Made by a program: the position numbers and the translations under genes. This document shows, piece after piece, positions 1 to 12,930 of a stretch of DNA of 64,000 nucleotides (within the stretch, counting starts at the first letter, position 1; each line of letters begins with the position of its first letter). The notes under the pieces were generated by a model, which saw nothing but the letters and a program-made list of their open reading frames with translations, had not been told where the DNA came from and did not search any database. Source of the DNA: Lama glama (lineage: Eukaryota); assembly GCA_028534125.1 (NCBI GenBank), contig CM052818.1, forward strand, positions 39,806,001-39,870,000. The letters are read 5' to 3'.

Positions 1-1404
1 TAAGTGAGTCTTACAGGAGAACTGCTGCTTTGTGGTTTGGGGGGGCCGATGAGCTGGAGGCTGGAGGGGCGGCTGTGCCGAGGCAGCCCGGCATCTTCAG
101 AATCTGGAGCCCCTGCCAACGTTAACACGTCCGAGGAGGTATTCAGTATCAAAGTCTCTAATATTTGGCTCCATAAACACGATACCGGTTGCAAAAACAA
201 AGCTAAGGAGCTCATGCTGATTACTTCAATAAAAGCTGTTTAATTATGAACGTTTGGGAAATGAAGTTACCAACAGGACCAGGGGAGCTTTGGCGTCCAG
301 TGTCCCTGCTCCCAGCATGCCACTGTTACACCAGATTGTCCACTCAGCTGAAAAGTCTGATGCTGAGCAGAGCACACCCTCAGCCCTGTGGGGATACTAC
401 TTACTTGCCAGTAACAGTCGTCTTACTGCAGTGGCAAATTTGGGGAATTGATTAGTGATAGAATTATCGATGCTCTCAGTACCATTTGCAGGCCATCTGA
501 GGGTTACCTGGGGTGGAGGTCCAAGCTCCCAGTAGACCTGCACTTCTTTCTCAGTAGCTAGCTGACTTTTCCCCTCCAGAAGGCAGGGTTCCAGGACTAG
601 GCAAAGTAGAAGAGAATTCTGAGCAGGGAGCCAGTGGGTCTGATTGTGACTCATCCCCGGATGAGTTTTTCTTAATAACAGTTTAGGGAACGTAATCGTA
701 TTAATGCTCCTGTGTAATTCTCACTCTTTATGTGGTTATAAATAGTTATTTTATGTCACATGGAATAGGTAGAACTATCCACGTAGAAGTTTAATGAACA
801 AAAATCGGAGCTGGATTTGTGTTATGTGAGGAAAGAAATGTAGGACCTATGCGTTGTGAAGGAGTGAACTCTTCCTCAAAAGTGATTTTTTTCCCCCATA
901 TATTGATGATTCTTTCTCAAAGAAGAAACTTTTTGTAGGCTAAACATTTCTGGTGCAGATCTTTAAAATTTGCTCTTACTCATCAGCAGATACCGAATAC
1001 AAATTGTGCCTGACCAGCCCTGATGACGCCACGCTGTAAAACACTGAAACATTCAGAAACTCCTGAGGGACTCCTGGCTGTTGTGCCCGTGCACTGAAGC
1101 ACGGTGACAGGCACTTCGCTTCAATGCAAAGCGGGGACAGTTACAACCGCCTCACGGCGCCATGATGATCGGTAGACGTGATGCGTGTGAAAATCAGTTA
1201 GAAAGTATAATATGCAATGCTAGCTATAGTTTTTTTCTGTCTTTATGTATTTTAGTTGCTTCTTTGAAGATGTTTCAACTGCTGCTCATAGCTGCTTCCT
1301 TATTTTATGCTATACAGCTTAGGCGAAGACCTGAGGACACCAATCAGAGTGAATCAGACAAATTTTTAGACGGCTACCTGTCACTGGAGACATTGCACGA
1401 AACA

Positions 1405-1572
1405 GAGAAAAGAGCACAGAATTTGTATCTAGAGAATCCTGAGTTCAAATCCTAGATCTTTCTTTAATAAGTCGTGTCTCGCTGGGCAATGTTACTTAAC
1501 ATTCCTGGGCTTAGTTTTTCTATTCTATAAAACAGGAATAACAATGCCTATAATGAGAATTTTGTGAGGCTT
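1405..1572 (+). mobile_element. MIR SINE (ancient)
   Basis: cctgagttcaaatcc...ctgggcaatgttacttaac...cttagtttttctattctataaaacaggaataacaat resembles the MIR core consensus. Confidence 0.8.
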
Positions 1573-1740
1573 GTATTTTGCAGGTTGCCCCCCCCCCAAT
1601 GCCAGCGTCAATGGGCATTTGATATTTTAAGTCCTTTTTCAGGAGAATTTTCCTCTGTTAGGTTAATAGCTGTGCCCTAGATGGTTTGGGATTGCTGACA
1701 TTCTGAATAACTATCCAGTAATTTATGTTTATGGCCATTT

Positions 1741-1744
1741 GTGT

Positions 1745-1776
<32 letters not shown>
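1741..1776. repeat. (TG)n microsatellite
   Basis: direct gtgtgt run. Confidence 0.95.
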
Positions 1777-1777
<1 letters not shown>

Positions 1778-2464
1778 GGGTCTTTGTGTCATAAGGATGT
1801 TCTGTGCTTTTGTGATGACTGAATATGTTCTTGATTTTTATTTCTCTTTAAACAATATAGCATTCATTCTCTTCTTCCAGTGCACAAGACAAAGACAATG
1901 AGCCAGGAAGAAATTCTGACTGTTGGGGCTAAGTTCTTGCTTTAAATTCAGACTGCTTGAAGAAAGTCTGGAACCTCACAGGTGGCTGGTGAGATGCAAT
2001 GAAGGGGAGGGGAATTGGGGGGAAAAAGGGAGGGAGGAGGGAGGGGGTGACTCTGATGTTTTGTTGGCTGTCCTGGAGTTAGACTTCAGGCCCTGGGGCA
2101 TTCACCTGGAGAACATGTGCCAAATCTTTTCTTTTTCCCAACTTATACTCAAAAACTCAAGTGAAAGGGTAACTTTTTATGCATGGTATACAAAGTTAAA
2201 ATAACACCTTAAATTCCTCTGAGTATGGGTTTGTTTTCTCTCCAAATGGTCAGAGTTACTGAAAGAAACTTAGAAAGAAGGTTGTTTGAGGTTCACAGGA
2301 CCCTCTGGGAGGAGTCCACTTAATCAGACCAGCTTTTGGGACTTCGAGAAAGAGCAGTGCAATGTCGTTACCTGACATTAGCATTACCAGTGTAATGCTA
2401 GTTCCCTGGGGCTGCCTGTGTCGTTCTTAACTGGAAACACCAGACTTTGTGGGGCAAGGAGAGG

Positions 2465-2600
2465 AGGCCAGGCTGGGAATCAAGCTGCCTCGCTCCTAGT
2501 CCGAGCTCTCCTGCTGTTTGTGTGACCCGGGATAATTCGTTTACTAGCCCTCAGTCCAGTCCCTCATTTGTTTAGTAAGGCTAGTACCACTGATTCCTTA
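2465..2600 (+). mobile_element. MIR SINE fragment
   Basis: tgtgtgacccggg...cctcagtcc...cctcatttgt, a degenerate MIR core. Confidence 0.55.
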
Positions 2601-2764
2601 GAATCAAAGGTGAAGGTACAAACCAACTAGGTAACGAACTGCGCAAGAATTCTGCCAAGATTACAAAATGCTATACAAATTCAAAGGCTGATTAATGCTG
2701 CATAATTTAGCCACTTTTAAATCCTTCCAGACTCCATACATGGTATAACGTGCTGGAGCAACGA

Positions 2765-2905
2765 TGGCCTTAGAGGTCATCTCATTTTGTGCTCTGATTT
2801 TACATACAGGAGTCTGAAGGAGAATGGCAAAGAGAGAGGGACTTGTCCACGGAGTAATATGGTATGTTAGTGCCAGGGCTGTAGCTGGAACTAGGAGATT
2901 CCCCT
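2765..2905 (-). mobile_element. MIR/MIR3 SINE fragment
   Basis: ccttagaggtcatct...attttacatacaggagtctgaagg...gggacttgtccacgg...ctggaactagg, a reverse MIR core. Confidence 0.65.
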
Positions 2906-5480
2906 GAGATGCGTCTGACAAGTGTCTCAGACAGAGAAAGCACATCGTCAACAATGGTTGAGCTCAAATGAAACCACTTTGGGTGTTACGAAACAATGAA
3001 ATTCACAGAGAATCCGGCGGTGTCAAGAGAATGCAATTGTGAGGCCATCCTGCATTGCTTGGCTTTGTCTGGGATCTGCTTACTTTCCAGGCTGTTACAA
3101 GCTCTGTCCCCTTCGGGAAGCGCACTCTTCAAGTTTCCTTTTTCCATCTTCTGACTTCCCACGTGACTGTGAGGTTTAGGGACTCAGCACACAGGGCTTT
3201 GAGTGGCTGGTCACCTGGTTACTTGGAGACAGATCCATGCCTTACCTCCTCACTTGGGAGAAAGGAGTGTGCCTAGGACAGAGCCAGCATCTGAGGAAGG
3301 ACTGGCCTTGTAGGTGAGGGTCCTTGCCCACGAGGGTTCCGTGTGTCTTTTTCCACAACAGCAAGGGCTCTGAAGAGCCTACCTGCGATGGTTCTCTGTT
3401 GATTGCCCTTCCTTTTATCCCAGATTTGGTTCTCCATAATGGACTTGCGGGGTACCCAACCCCAGCCCGAGTCCTAGACTCAGGCATCCCATGAAATGTA
3501 ATCAGCAGTGGCTAGGCAGTCGAGCTTTTATGGTGTAGTCACTAGATATTTTGAATTTTTGATGCTTTCATTTTCATTCTACATTGAAGCTTCTCCGCTT
3601 CCGCAACTCAGTAATTAACACCTTAGGCCGGGAAGCCTGCAGTCGGCGGTGGGAGGCTGTCTTCTCCGCTTCCTGTCTTGTGCTATTCTTGCACTCCCAG
3701 CATCTGTCCTGAGTTGGCTCTGGGTCTTCCAGGGCCAAAGGGAGTGAGTTAGGGAGCAAGAAAGACGCTGCTGGATGGGGCCTACCATGATCAGAGACTG
3801 TCGCCCTCAGGGTCTGGTGGGAGCTCGCTGCTCATACTGGGGATCAACTGCTCTTCCTTTAACTCAGTTGATGCCCCTTCAGATCAGCTACTTGACTCCA
3901 GCTACCCATGTCTGGCCTTTCTTGGGGTTATTTTGCTGCCCAGATTCCAGGAGGAGTCTTATTAACATGATATATTCTGGTATCTTTCTACAGGGTCCTC
4001 ATGGAACTCCAGGGAAACTCCAAACCCAGGCCATTTCCAAGGCAGCCTCTCTCCTCCCTCTGCTTTTAGGAGAGCCCATCACTGCCTCTCTCTCCTGGGC
4101 TTCTCTAGGCTTGGAGCCAGCACCAGTCTCTGTGCCTTCAGACCCCAGATCAAGCTCTCCAAACTGGAATCCTGAAGCCTCCCACAGGTAAAAGGGATGC
4201 ATTCCCTTTCTTTTCCTCATGGGGTGTGTGTAGGGGTGGTGTAATGCTTAGTGTTCTTGCCACAGAAATCCTTTCTTCTAAGTCTCTTCAACCTCAAAGA
4301 TTTCAGAAAGGATTTTGGACTACGGATTGTAAATGTGATAACATTTCCTTTGCAAGTCCTGCACTGGTGGGTTAGCATCTTGTTTTATTATGTGTTACTG
4401 GGAAGAACCCCATTGTTAACTCCCGTTACCCTTCCACTTGAGGTGCAGGCAGATCACATGGGAACCTGCCCTGTCTGCCTTGTGGGCAGGTGTAAGGGAT
4501 TTCAAAAGGGGTCATGGAAGGAAAGAAGGTTTTGCAAACTCTAACATTCTACAGAAATGTTGGGAATTATTCTTGACATCCTTTTTAATGCAAATCGGAA
4601 AATCTGATGTATCAGTAAATCATGTTTCTATCCTTTAAAATACATTTTCGGAACTTTTAATGACACTAACTGGCATTTTTGGTCATTGAGGCAATTCATT
4701 AGGCAACAGTGATATCCAAGATCAGGCAGGTTCAGGCCACGTACATCTGTCTCTTTAAAAGAGAAACTCCACTTTTATTAATGACTGTCTTTATGTCAGA
4801 GGAGGTGGCCTTCAGTTACGCATAGGCACAGACCAAGAATATCTCACCACAGCCTTTGGTATGAACTCTTGGTATCCCAAAAAGAGGAAATATGTTTTTA
4901 TATTTGTAAAGGAATTCAAGACCTTTATGGTCACCAAGAACCCATAAAAGCAATAAGCCATATTATGTAAAAGTGATCTGTGGCTCTGGTCCTCAACGAG
5001 CCAGTCTCTCTGCTAATCAGTTTGGGAAACAAACATAAGCAAGGAGAGCTTTGGGTGTGAGAGTGTGTGGTGTCTGTTGGTGAGTGAGACTTCCCCTGAA
5101 GTCATCTGGCCTTCCTCTACACTTAATCTTTGGGAAAACATTAGTGTTTCAATAGGTTTATTTTATGTTTTTATATGCCAGACATCAACTACAGCAAGTA
5201 AATAAGCAAACGAGAAACAGGTAGAGCAAAAGCAGAGAAATGAATGTATGTTTCCAATCCCCCATTTTTAAAGTTTGCAGTTTTAAATGTTAACCAAAGG
5301 GTACTTCAGAGCTCTATGTACTTTCACCTTTACCTGTCCCAAGTGTATAAGCTCTCAGGAGGAGTGAATGCTGGCATGAGAATCTTCGGTCTTTCCTGAC
5401 CTTTCTAAATTATAATTTCCAGATCTAGTGCCATATCTTTTCTTTATCTTTGCATATATTAGCCTAGATAAACTGATCAC

Positions 5481-5525
5481 GTGTGTGTGTGTGTGTGTAT
5501 GGATTTTCAGAGAGAGAGAGAGAGC
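5481..5525. repeat. (TG)n plus (GA)n compound microsatellite
   Basis: direct dinucleotide runs. Confidence 0.85.
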
Positions 5526-5611
5526 ATGGTATATAGGGGTTAATTCTATCCAAAAGTTGGCACACAGGATTTATTACGTAGCCCCCAAAGTGGCTAAGTC
5601 TGACAGTTAGT

Positions 5612-5712
5612 CTTTCAACAAGTATTTGTTATCTCCCATGTTCCAGGAACTCGGAGAGTTTCTGGGGCTACACAGTTAATTAAACCCTGGTCCCTCAAGG
5701 TGCTTACATTGG
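5612..5712 (-). mobile_element. L2 LINE 3' end
   Basis: ttcaacaagtatttgtt...catgttccaggaact...ggggctacacagttaat...ccctcaaggtgcttacatt resembles the reverse L2 tail. Confidence 0.65.
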
Positions 5713-8184
5713 AGCTGGATCCCTTTCACCGTTGTACGTGGAGCACAGAGCTTGACGATTATTCACTACGATACACATTTATTCTTTGTGTGGTACCCAA
5801 ACGATGAGACAAGCCTTGTTTAAACACATTTTAGAACTTTCATTTGAAAGTGCTTTTTCCATAAAACATTCCTGTGTGTAGAGGTCGTAGTTTTATGAGG
5901 AGCGGGGATTTTTCTTATGCAGATTTTCTTCATGAATTTGGAGTCACTGATGAAGTGGCAAGGGTGGGAGATTTAGTGGGTGGCAGGGAGATACACACAG
6001 CATCTTTGGAAATTGCCAAAATCAACACGAACAAGATGTTCACTCTCATAGCTTTCAGAATTTGGATCCAAAAAAGTATTGTGGTTATGTCTCGGACCAA
6101 GAGGAATTGTTTTTTATTTTACTGCAATGTTGCTGATTCTGCCGTTGGCAACAGAGCTTATCATACCATTCTTTTGGAGAGATAAAGCAAACTGTGTCTG
6201 GTTCTACTTCATTCTGAAGTGGGGCTGCCCATGGATCTGGAGTAATTAACTCAGTTGATGGGAATCTAGGGCCAATGAGGCCAAGTTGCTGTTCTGATTC
6301 CCAATTAGACATGAGTCACCTCCCTCCACATGAAAGAAAAGGGGATTCTTCCTTGCCTGTGGATGCCGCATAATGCCAGCTGCCAAAGCCAATTACATGA
6401 CTGTGAGAAGACATGGGGAGGGTGTGAAGACTTGGTCTCCCCAGTCACGTCTCCCAAAGGAATAGTTCAACATACTTTGTACAATGGCTTTATCAGTCCA
6501 GTTGCTGAGGTTTTGGCAAGCACTGCAGATTAATGTCTACCCAAATGGAGCCCAGGTCCACTGACAGCTTCCATCAGCCAAGTGAGCAAGTCTGGTTCCA
6601 GGGCTTAACTTTGCCTTGATTTTTCCTGAGATAAGCGGCCCCAGTGCTTGTACTGCCAGAACTAGTTCCCTCTTCAGCAGGGTAGGGTGCTAACTGGTGT
6701 TTGAGTCTCCTAGGTATGCTGTGTGAATTAGGCTGGAAGTCTGCCTAAGAAGCAGGCCTCTGGTGTCTGCTTTTCCAGGTGTTAATCAGCATTTCGGACA
6801 TGCCCTCAGACACCGTTTTTCTTGAGACCTCACAGTTTTTGAGAAAATAACATCGCCCAGTCACAACCTGCTTCTTGCCAAGATCTCCCATAAAATGTGC
6901 AACAAAGCAACACTTTAAAGATGGAACATTTCTTGTTGATGGAGTAGTCACCAAAGGTCTGATTTATCCAGAAATATAGGAGACAAGAGGGTGGTGGTTG
7001 AATGGCTGCACTAAATTGAGGTAGATGGAAAGAACAAATCGATCTAGGTAGCAGAGATTTGCAAAAGGATACAGTTGGCTGCTGGCCTGGAGAAGGAGTA
7101 GGAGACAGATGAGAAGGTGGTGGGGCATGTGTCCCTAGTCAGTTCTACAGTCCACAGCTGGGTGCCCTGGAGAAGGGGCTGGAGGTGGCTCATGATCATG
7201 GAATATGCGTTGACTTAGCACGGGCCAGGCTTTCTAGTGGTGCAGTGGATGATGGGATCTTTTCAGCCATGCTTCACTACAGTGGCTTGGTAGATGTATA
7301 GGTAAACTTTCCACACTTTTCCAAACTAAATCATATGTTATGCACTAAAGATAGAGTAGATGTCCCTAGCTCAGACCTTTTCAGTATAAATTTCTTTGCA
7401 GTCATTCTTCTGTGTCTGATTATAAATTTTTATCAGCTTCTTAAAAATAGCAATCATGCCCACATCCTTCTGAGACCAGACTGGATCCATGGTATCCTCC
7501 ATACGGCTCTTCAGCCTGGGCTGGAATTCCATTTGCCACATGGAAGCCCCCTCATTAACAGTTGTTCCCATTGCCCAGAATCTCAGCACAGAGGGCAGAA
7601 AAGAACCATGAGTGGTGGTTGAGTATGGTTTCCCAGAAAAAGCAAAAGATCTCAGTGGCCCATTCGTTCCCTTGGGGGATCCCCCAAAGGCTTTGGTCCC
7701 AATCTCTCTGATCTGACCTCAGTGACCCTACTGTGTATCCATGGCCTTCTCTTCCCCATCCACCTCACTGACAGACCAGTAAGCCACACACTTGCAGAAT
7801 GGAGGCTATCAGGGGGTGTATGTTCACTCCTGCTTTTGTTCTTCTGTGTCTGTGTTTGTGTGTTTTTAAGTAGCTTACCACCTGGCTTAGCCAAGGCCAC
7901 AGCAGAAGGAGAGGACTTTATGAGGAAGTAGAGGAAAGGCATTGTCTAGAAGAGTTGTGGCCTCACAGGCAAACCCAACTTGTCTCCTGGGCGTCTGTGC
8001 CGTGCTCATGCATGGATGTCACTGGTTTGTATCTCGGGGCATCCTTCACTAGGTAGCCCAACAAGAAAATCTGGAAGTTTCTTGTCACCCTGAGGGCACA
8101 TTTTGCCTTTAACTGTTAAGCACCAATTACTCTGTCTCATTAGCACAGCTGTGTTCACGTGGGGTTCAGGGGACCACTTAGCTC

Positions 8185-8322
8185 CTGAGCTGAGACTCAG
8201 CAGGCAGTCCTAGCTGGGCAGGAAGTCCCTGAGAAAGCATGGCCAAACCAGGGCTGAGCTGAGACTCAGCAGGCAGTCCTAGCTGGGCAGGAAGTCCCCG
8301 AGAAAGCATGGCCAAACCAGGG
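8185..8322. repeat. Tandem duplication, 2 x 69 bp
   Basis: units 8185-8253 and 8254-8322 are identical except T8230/C8299. Confidence 0.97.
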
Positions 8323-10124
8323 CGATGCATCCCTGCCAGGAGATTCAGGTCTCTGTGCACCCTCGAAAGACAATGGGAGAGGTGGGATTATCTCAGTATC
8401 AGGAGGCCTGGGCTTCTTGACTTTTATGTTCACGGTCCTTTGTTAATCCACCCGGGAGAATGAGAAGGGACAATGGACGCCAGGCCACTTTGGTTGACAC
8501 GGGTGTGTGAACTCTTTCCCCTCTTCTTCCCTGACCTGCCTGTGATCTTCTTCGGCATGTTATGTAGGGATGAAGTGAAGTCCAGCCTCATAGTCTAATT
8601 ACAGCCCTGGACCTCTTCATTCTGCATTTGCTGTCACAGTTGACGTGGTTAGGACCCACTGGAGACCTCCAGGGCCCCCGTGTAGGGTATATCATTTCTT
8701 GAAAGACTTTATGCTTGTCTCATGGGTGAGCGCTTACAGTGTGGTTGCCTCATTCATTGTTCAATTGTTCTTTCCCTTTTGGACAGACACTGCCTGATAT
8801 ACAGGCCAAGCTTCAGGAGAGTGACTTCCAAATTATAGGGCAATTTTTAATTTGAACAAAGTGGTGCTCCTGAAAGTACCATCCTTCCTTGTCTTCTACC
8901 CAGTTACCTAGGGGTGGGGGAATGGGGCCCAGTTCTCATGGGGCCCAGCCGAGCCCTTCCCATTCCACCATAGCTGAGTCTATACCATGCACTGGATGAA
9001 AGGGGGGGTCAGAAGTGAAGGCTGTGGCTTGAGTCAGCGTTATCACTCACACACACACACACACGCGCGGGTGCAGGGAATGCTGTGGGGGCTCATGTTC
9101 CAAATAGCCAAGCTCTCCCTCCCTCCTGACCCAGACAGGAGTTTTGGGAAAGTATGTATTCTCTTCCCTTAGAATGTGACATTAGGATGTTGAAAGCCCT
9201 GCATCTGGTCAGTTGATCTTCTTGGGATTAGAGCAGCTTGTGTTGTGTGGGTGCAGGCAGGGAGGATGACCTCACTGACCTCACTTATTAATCACCTACT
9301 GTGTATAGACCAGGACGCCCTTTCATGCAAACACTGTGGGGTGTGCACAGGTGTGAGGCAGGGGTGTGCACTGGAATGGATCAGTCTGGAGAAGATACAA
9401 GAAACAACAATGCATGTGGCAAATGACAGATGGCTCAATGGAGACAGAAGTTGTCGGGGAAGATTTTGGGGGAAACTGGGTCTGCAGGTGGTAAAGATGT
9501 GAAATAAGGGAGGTGGTTTCTGCCTCACACAAAGCGGGGCTGGGACTGGCAACTGAAATCCCCATAGGCCCCCAGATTTTCCAGAGATAGAGTGTTCACC
9601 TCGAGGCCACCTTCCCTGCAGTGGCAGGAAAGATTTTAAAATAAACGCAGCTGCTTCAGCCGGGTGCCCTGCTGCTGGGCTGAGGGACTTCTCAGTGCAT
9701 CCAGACACAGGGGCTGTTCTGGTCTGCTCACCTGTCCGGAATTGTCACATTTTCGTTTTGATCTCTTCACTGTTTTCTTTGACCATTTAAATGACAAAAG
9801 GGAATTTCTTGGAGGGGGAATGTGGAGAATATTTTTAGCGTGAAGGACATTGAAAAAAAATAAGACAACTTCAAGAGTTTGAAATTTGACAGAAGCAGAC
9901 GACATTTTCCATCCCCACCATGAAACTTTGCCCAATTTCTTGGACCTTTAAATACCACAGATAAGCTTCAGTTTCTGGCCAGCGGGGAATGGGGTTCAGG
10001 CAGAGCTCTGTGGAGGCTCAAAGTGACACCTGTGCAGGGGCTGCCAGTGGCTCTGCTATTTCAGGCCCAGATTTCCTCCTTTTACCCTAATGAGCTGGAT
10101 GCTAACCCTGTATGTGTAGGATTT

Positions 10125-10290
10125 GGCTTCAGAACACCCAGTTTTAAATTCCAGCTTCACCCATTTACTGGCTGCGTGACCTTACGTGAGTCAGGGTGTT
10201 CACCTCTCTGAGCCTCTGTTTCTTCGTTTGTGAAGTCAGGATAGGTACCGTTCTAGACTCACGTAGGCCTTGGGAGGCTTATTTGCTTTG
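10125..10290 (+). mobile_element. MIR SINE
   Basis: ggctgcgtgacctta...cacctctctgagcctctgtttcttcgtttgtgaa is the MIR core. Confidence 0.8.
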
Positions 10291-10299
10291 CTGTAGTGT

Positions 10300-10700
10300 T
10301 TTGTGGGCCAAGTGTGGTGAGGGATGCTGGGCATGTGATGTGGGGCTTGCAGCTTAATAAGAAGACAGGTAATCAAAGCAATAATTCTAATACAATGTGA
10401 GAAATGTGACAATGTGTTACAAGTGACTTAATAGGTATCTGTGCAGAGTTCAGAGAAGGCTGAGAGAAAAGTGCAGTGAGGGCAGTGGTAATGGATCAGG
10501 AGGAGCTGACGTGAAGAGACGTTTGACCTGAGGCTGGAAGGGAGGAACTGGGGAAACACGGATGGACATGGGAGGGCAACCTCAAGAGGTGACTCTGTCT
10601 GCACAAAGGTAGGGAAATGCGGAGACACCTCGCGGGCTCAGGATGCTCATGCTGGGGCGGGACCCAAGTGTGTGGTCTGTGGGTGAGGCAGGAGGGCTGG
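10300..10700 (-). mobile_element. L2 LINE fragment
   Basis: purine-rich L2 pattern: aatacaatgtga...gacgtttgacctgaggctggaaggga...gcacaaagg. Confidence 0.6.
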
Positions 10701-10859
10701 CTGGGAGCGGAGAGCATGCTGATGAGACCCCCAACGTGGAGGAACGTCTGACACTTAGAATCGGACAGGTTTCTTCTCAGCGTCTTTCATGATTGGCTTT
10801 TCTGAAATAGCACTCTGGGCCTGCCCTCAGCCACCTTCTGGTCTGCTCCACTGCTTTCT

Positions 10860-11015
10860 TTTCCTGAGAGCAGTTCTCACTCTCTGAAATTATTTGCCTA
10901 CTTTAAAATTTAACCTTGAATTTAAATTAAGTTCTTAACTACTCTATCCACAGTGTTTATACATATAGCCATCATAAAATAGACACAATAAATATTTGTT
11001 CAAAGGACAAATAAG
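10860..11015 (+). mobile_element. L2 LINE 3' end
   Basis: ends in caataaatatttgttcaaaggacaaat, a degenerate L2 tail. Confidence 0.55.
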
Positions 11016-12159
11016 CAGCAATGATTGTAGACATCTGAAGACAGAATTAGCAGCAGCCTGTATCATAGACTCTGAGAGATGCCCGAAGAGACTCGGTCAG
11101 CTCTCCTGAGGCTTCTGTGGATGGGAAGGCAGGAGTTCGTCCTCTTTGCTGCAAAGTCTTCAGGGTGGGAAACAGAACATGTTTCCCACATATTTGGGAA
11201 TGACAGAATAAGTGTCTATGCCTCTCCTGGATTCTGCAAAGAAGAGAAGCAGAAAGAGGCAGTGGCCAGCTCAGAGAAGCTCGAGACTAGCAAGAAGGGA
11301 CAGTCACCTCCGAGTTTCTGCCACAGACCCAGATGTCTCTATGACCTTGGAGGTAGGACACATGTCTGCTTTGGGCCCTTGGCATGTTCTAAGGTTTGAC
11401 GCCCCCTTGGTTGCTCTGCCACCCCATTAAATATGTGATGTGCTGGGTTAACGTGGCTTCCTAGAATGCATCCCAGTCAAGCTCATTTCCACAATCCTTC
11501 ACCTTGGCTGCTGTTGCCACTTTCATTTTTCCTTCGAGAAGAGATTTTCTGAAGATCTCACGAGGCCATTTATGATCTCTGACTCCTCCTAAATTGCCAA
11601 GTAGTGATGAGCTAAGAGAGGAAGCATTTGACATCTTTGCTACTCTTAGAAAGTTGGTTGCACATACTCCTGCGGAGAGCACCAGGGTCAGGCCATACGT
11701 GCCTTTTGTAACAGCCGTGTTTCTTCGAAACCCGTTAACTGATCGGCCAGTCCTCGGTTATCTGTAGAGACCCGCAGAAACAGAACCTCGATTCTCTAAC
11801 TGGGGCACTATGAGTGATTTCTGTGATGCAAAACTGGGGGGAGGGGAATGGAGAGCTGGGGAAAGGTCTGGCTAGAATGTTTCTACTCAGCTGACCCGTG
11901 GCCTGGGTGGACCTGCTTGGCCAGCTCCAAAGGACTGACGGAGAATTTGAAAGATTCCATTTCTCCTACTATACAAGTCTGCTTTGGGTCTCTGTCATTT
12001 TATAGTAAATGATTTTGATGCAGTTACTGGATATTTTGCACCAACTGCTTAACATTTCTGCATTGCTGTGCATGACTTCCTCTAGCAATGGTGAGGATTT
12101 TTTCACATTGGAGAGAGAGGCTAGCAAGTAGTATAATTTTTTTTAAGTTAAGCTGTAAG

Positions 12160-12290
12160 ATATAGAGGGGTTATTTAAAGCACTGTCTCTTCTCATAGAT
12201 GGAGAAACTCAGGACCCCCGAGGGCTGGGAGTTATTCAGGGTCCCATCATGAAGGTGGAGACAGAGCCAGTGATACAGTTGGGGGTGGGG
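12160..12290 (-). mobile_element. MIR SINE fragment
   Basis: catagatggagaaactcaggacccc...gttattcagggtcccat. Confidence 0.55.
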
Positions 12291-12674
12291 TCAGGCATGG
12301 CTGAGAAGCTGGCTGCCCACTGCCAAGCATCCGCAGTGTCCTCTTGGTGTTCACGCTGCTCTTCCTGGGATGTTTCTGCTGGCTTGACGGCGAGGCTTCT
12401 CTAATGCAGGCAGCCAAAGCAGTTACTTGTGTGCTATTCTCGTAGGCTCCTGAGGCTTTCCTTCACCTGTATCCTTCTCTGTGAAAACTCAAAAAGAACA
12501 GAAAGCTTCTCTCAAACAGTTTAGAAATTGGTATTGGAAAAGAACATTTTTTTAAACCCTTAAAATATGAACTTGTGAAGAGCGTGGGACACGTGGGCCT
12601 GAGGTTGGTGTCTGGTTAGTCTTGCTCCTGCCACCAAGCTAGCATTCTTTGCTTGCGACGATGAAGTAAGAGCT

Positions 12675-12930
12675 GGCATTTAGTGGGCACTTAGCACACA
12701 CTAGTCATTGTTTTAAACAATTTACATTATTAACTACTTTAGTTTTTATGAATCCCTGATGAGGTAGATCTTACTTTTATTCCTGTTTTTAGATGAGGAG
12801 TCTGAATAAAGAGGTCATGTGATCTGCTCATGATGGCAGGGTTAGGAAGGGGACACACAGAATCCGACTCAGCCCAGGTTCTTGGCCTGGGAGCTCTGGA
12901 GCACCCCTTTCTCAGCATTACCACTGCTGC
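12675..12930 (-). mobile_element. MIR SINE (near full length)
   Basis: gcatttagtgggcactta...atccctgatgaggtag...tttttagatgaggagtctgaa...gaggtcatgtgatctgctca...cattaccactgctgc. Confidence 0.8.

Noticed and set aside
1..10. Window start taagtgagt could complete a (G)TAAGT splice donor
   Set aside because: The preceding base is outside the window, so it cannot be assessed
1018..1069. ccc-TGATGA...CTGA-ggg, snoRNA-like
   Set aside because: Only about 52 nt, no purine before box C and no k-turn bulge geometry; likely chance
2379..2400. 9-bp inverted repeat tagcattac-cagt-gtaatgcta; similar 8-bp stem at 30301-30320
   Set aside because: Stems of this length are expected by chance in 64 kb and are too short for a pre-miRNA
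2465..2905. Inverted pair of MIRs as a possible dsRNA/editing substrate
   Set aside because: Copies are too diverged to pair stably
8185..8322. Direct repeats as a CRISPR-like array
   Set aside because: Only two adjacent units, no spacers, mammalian DNA
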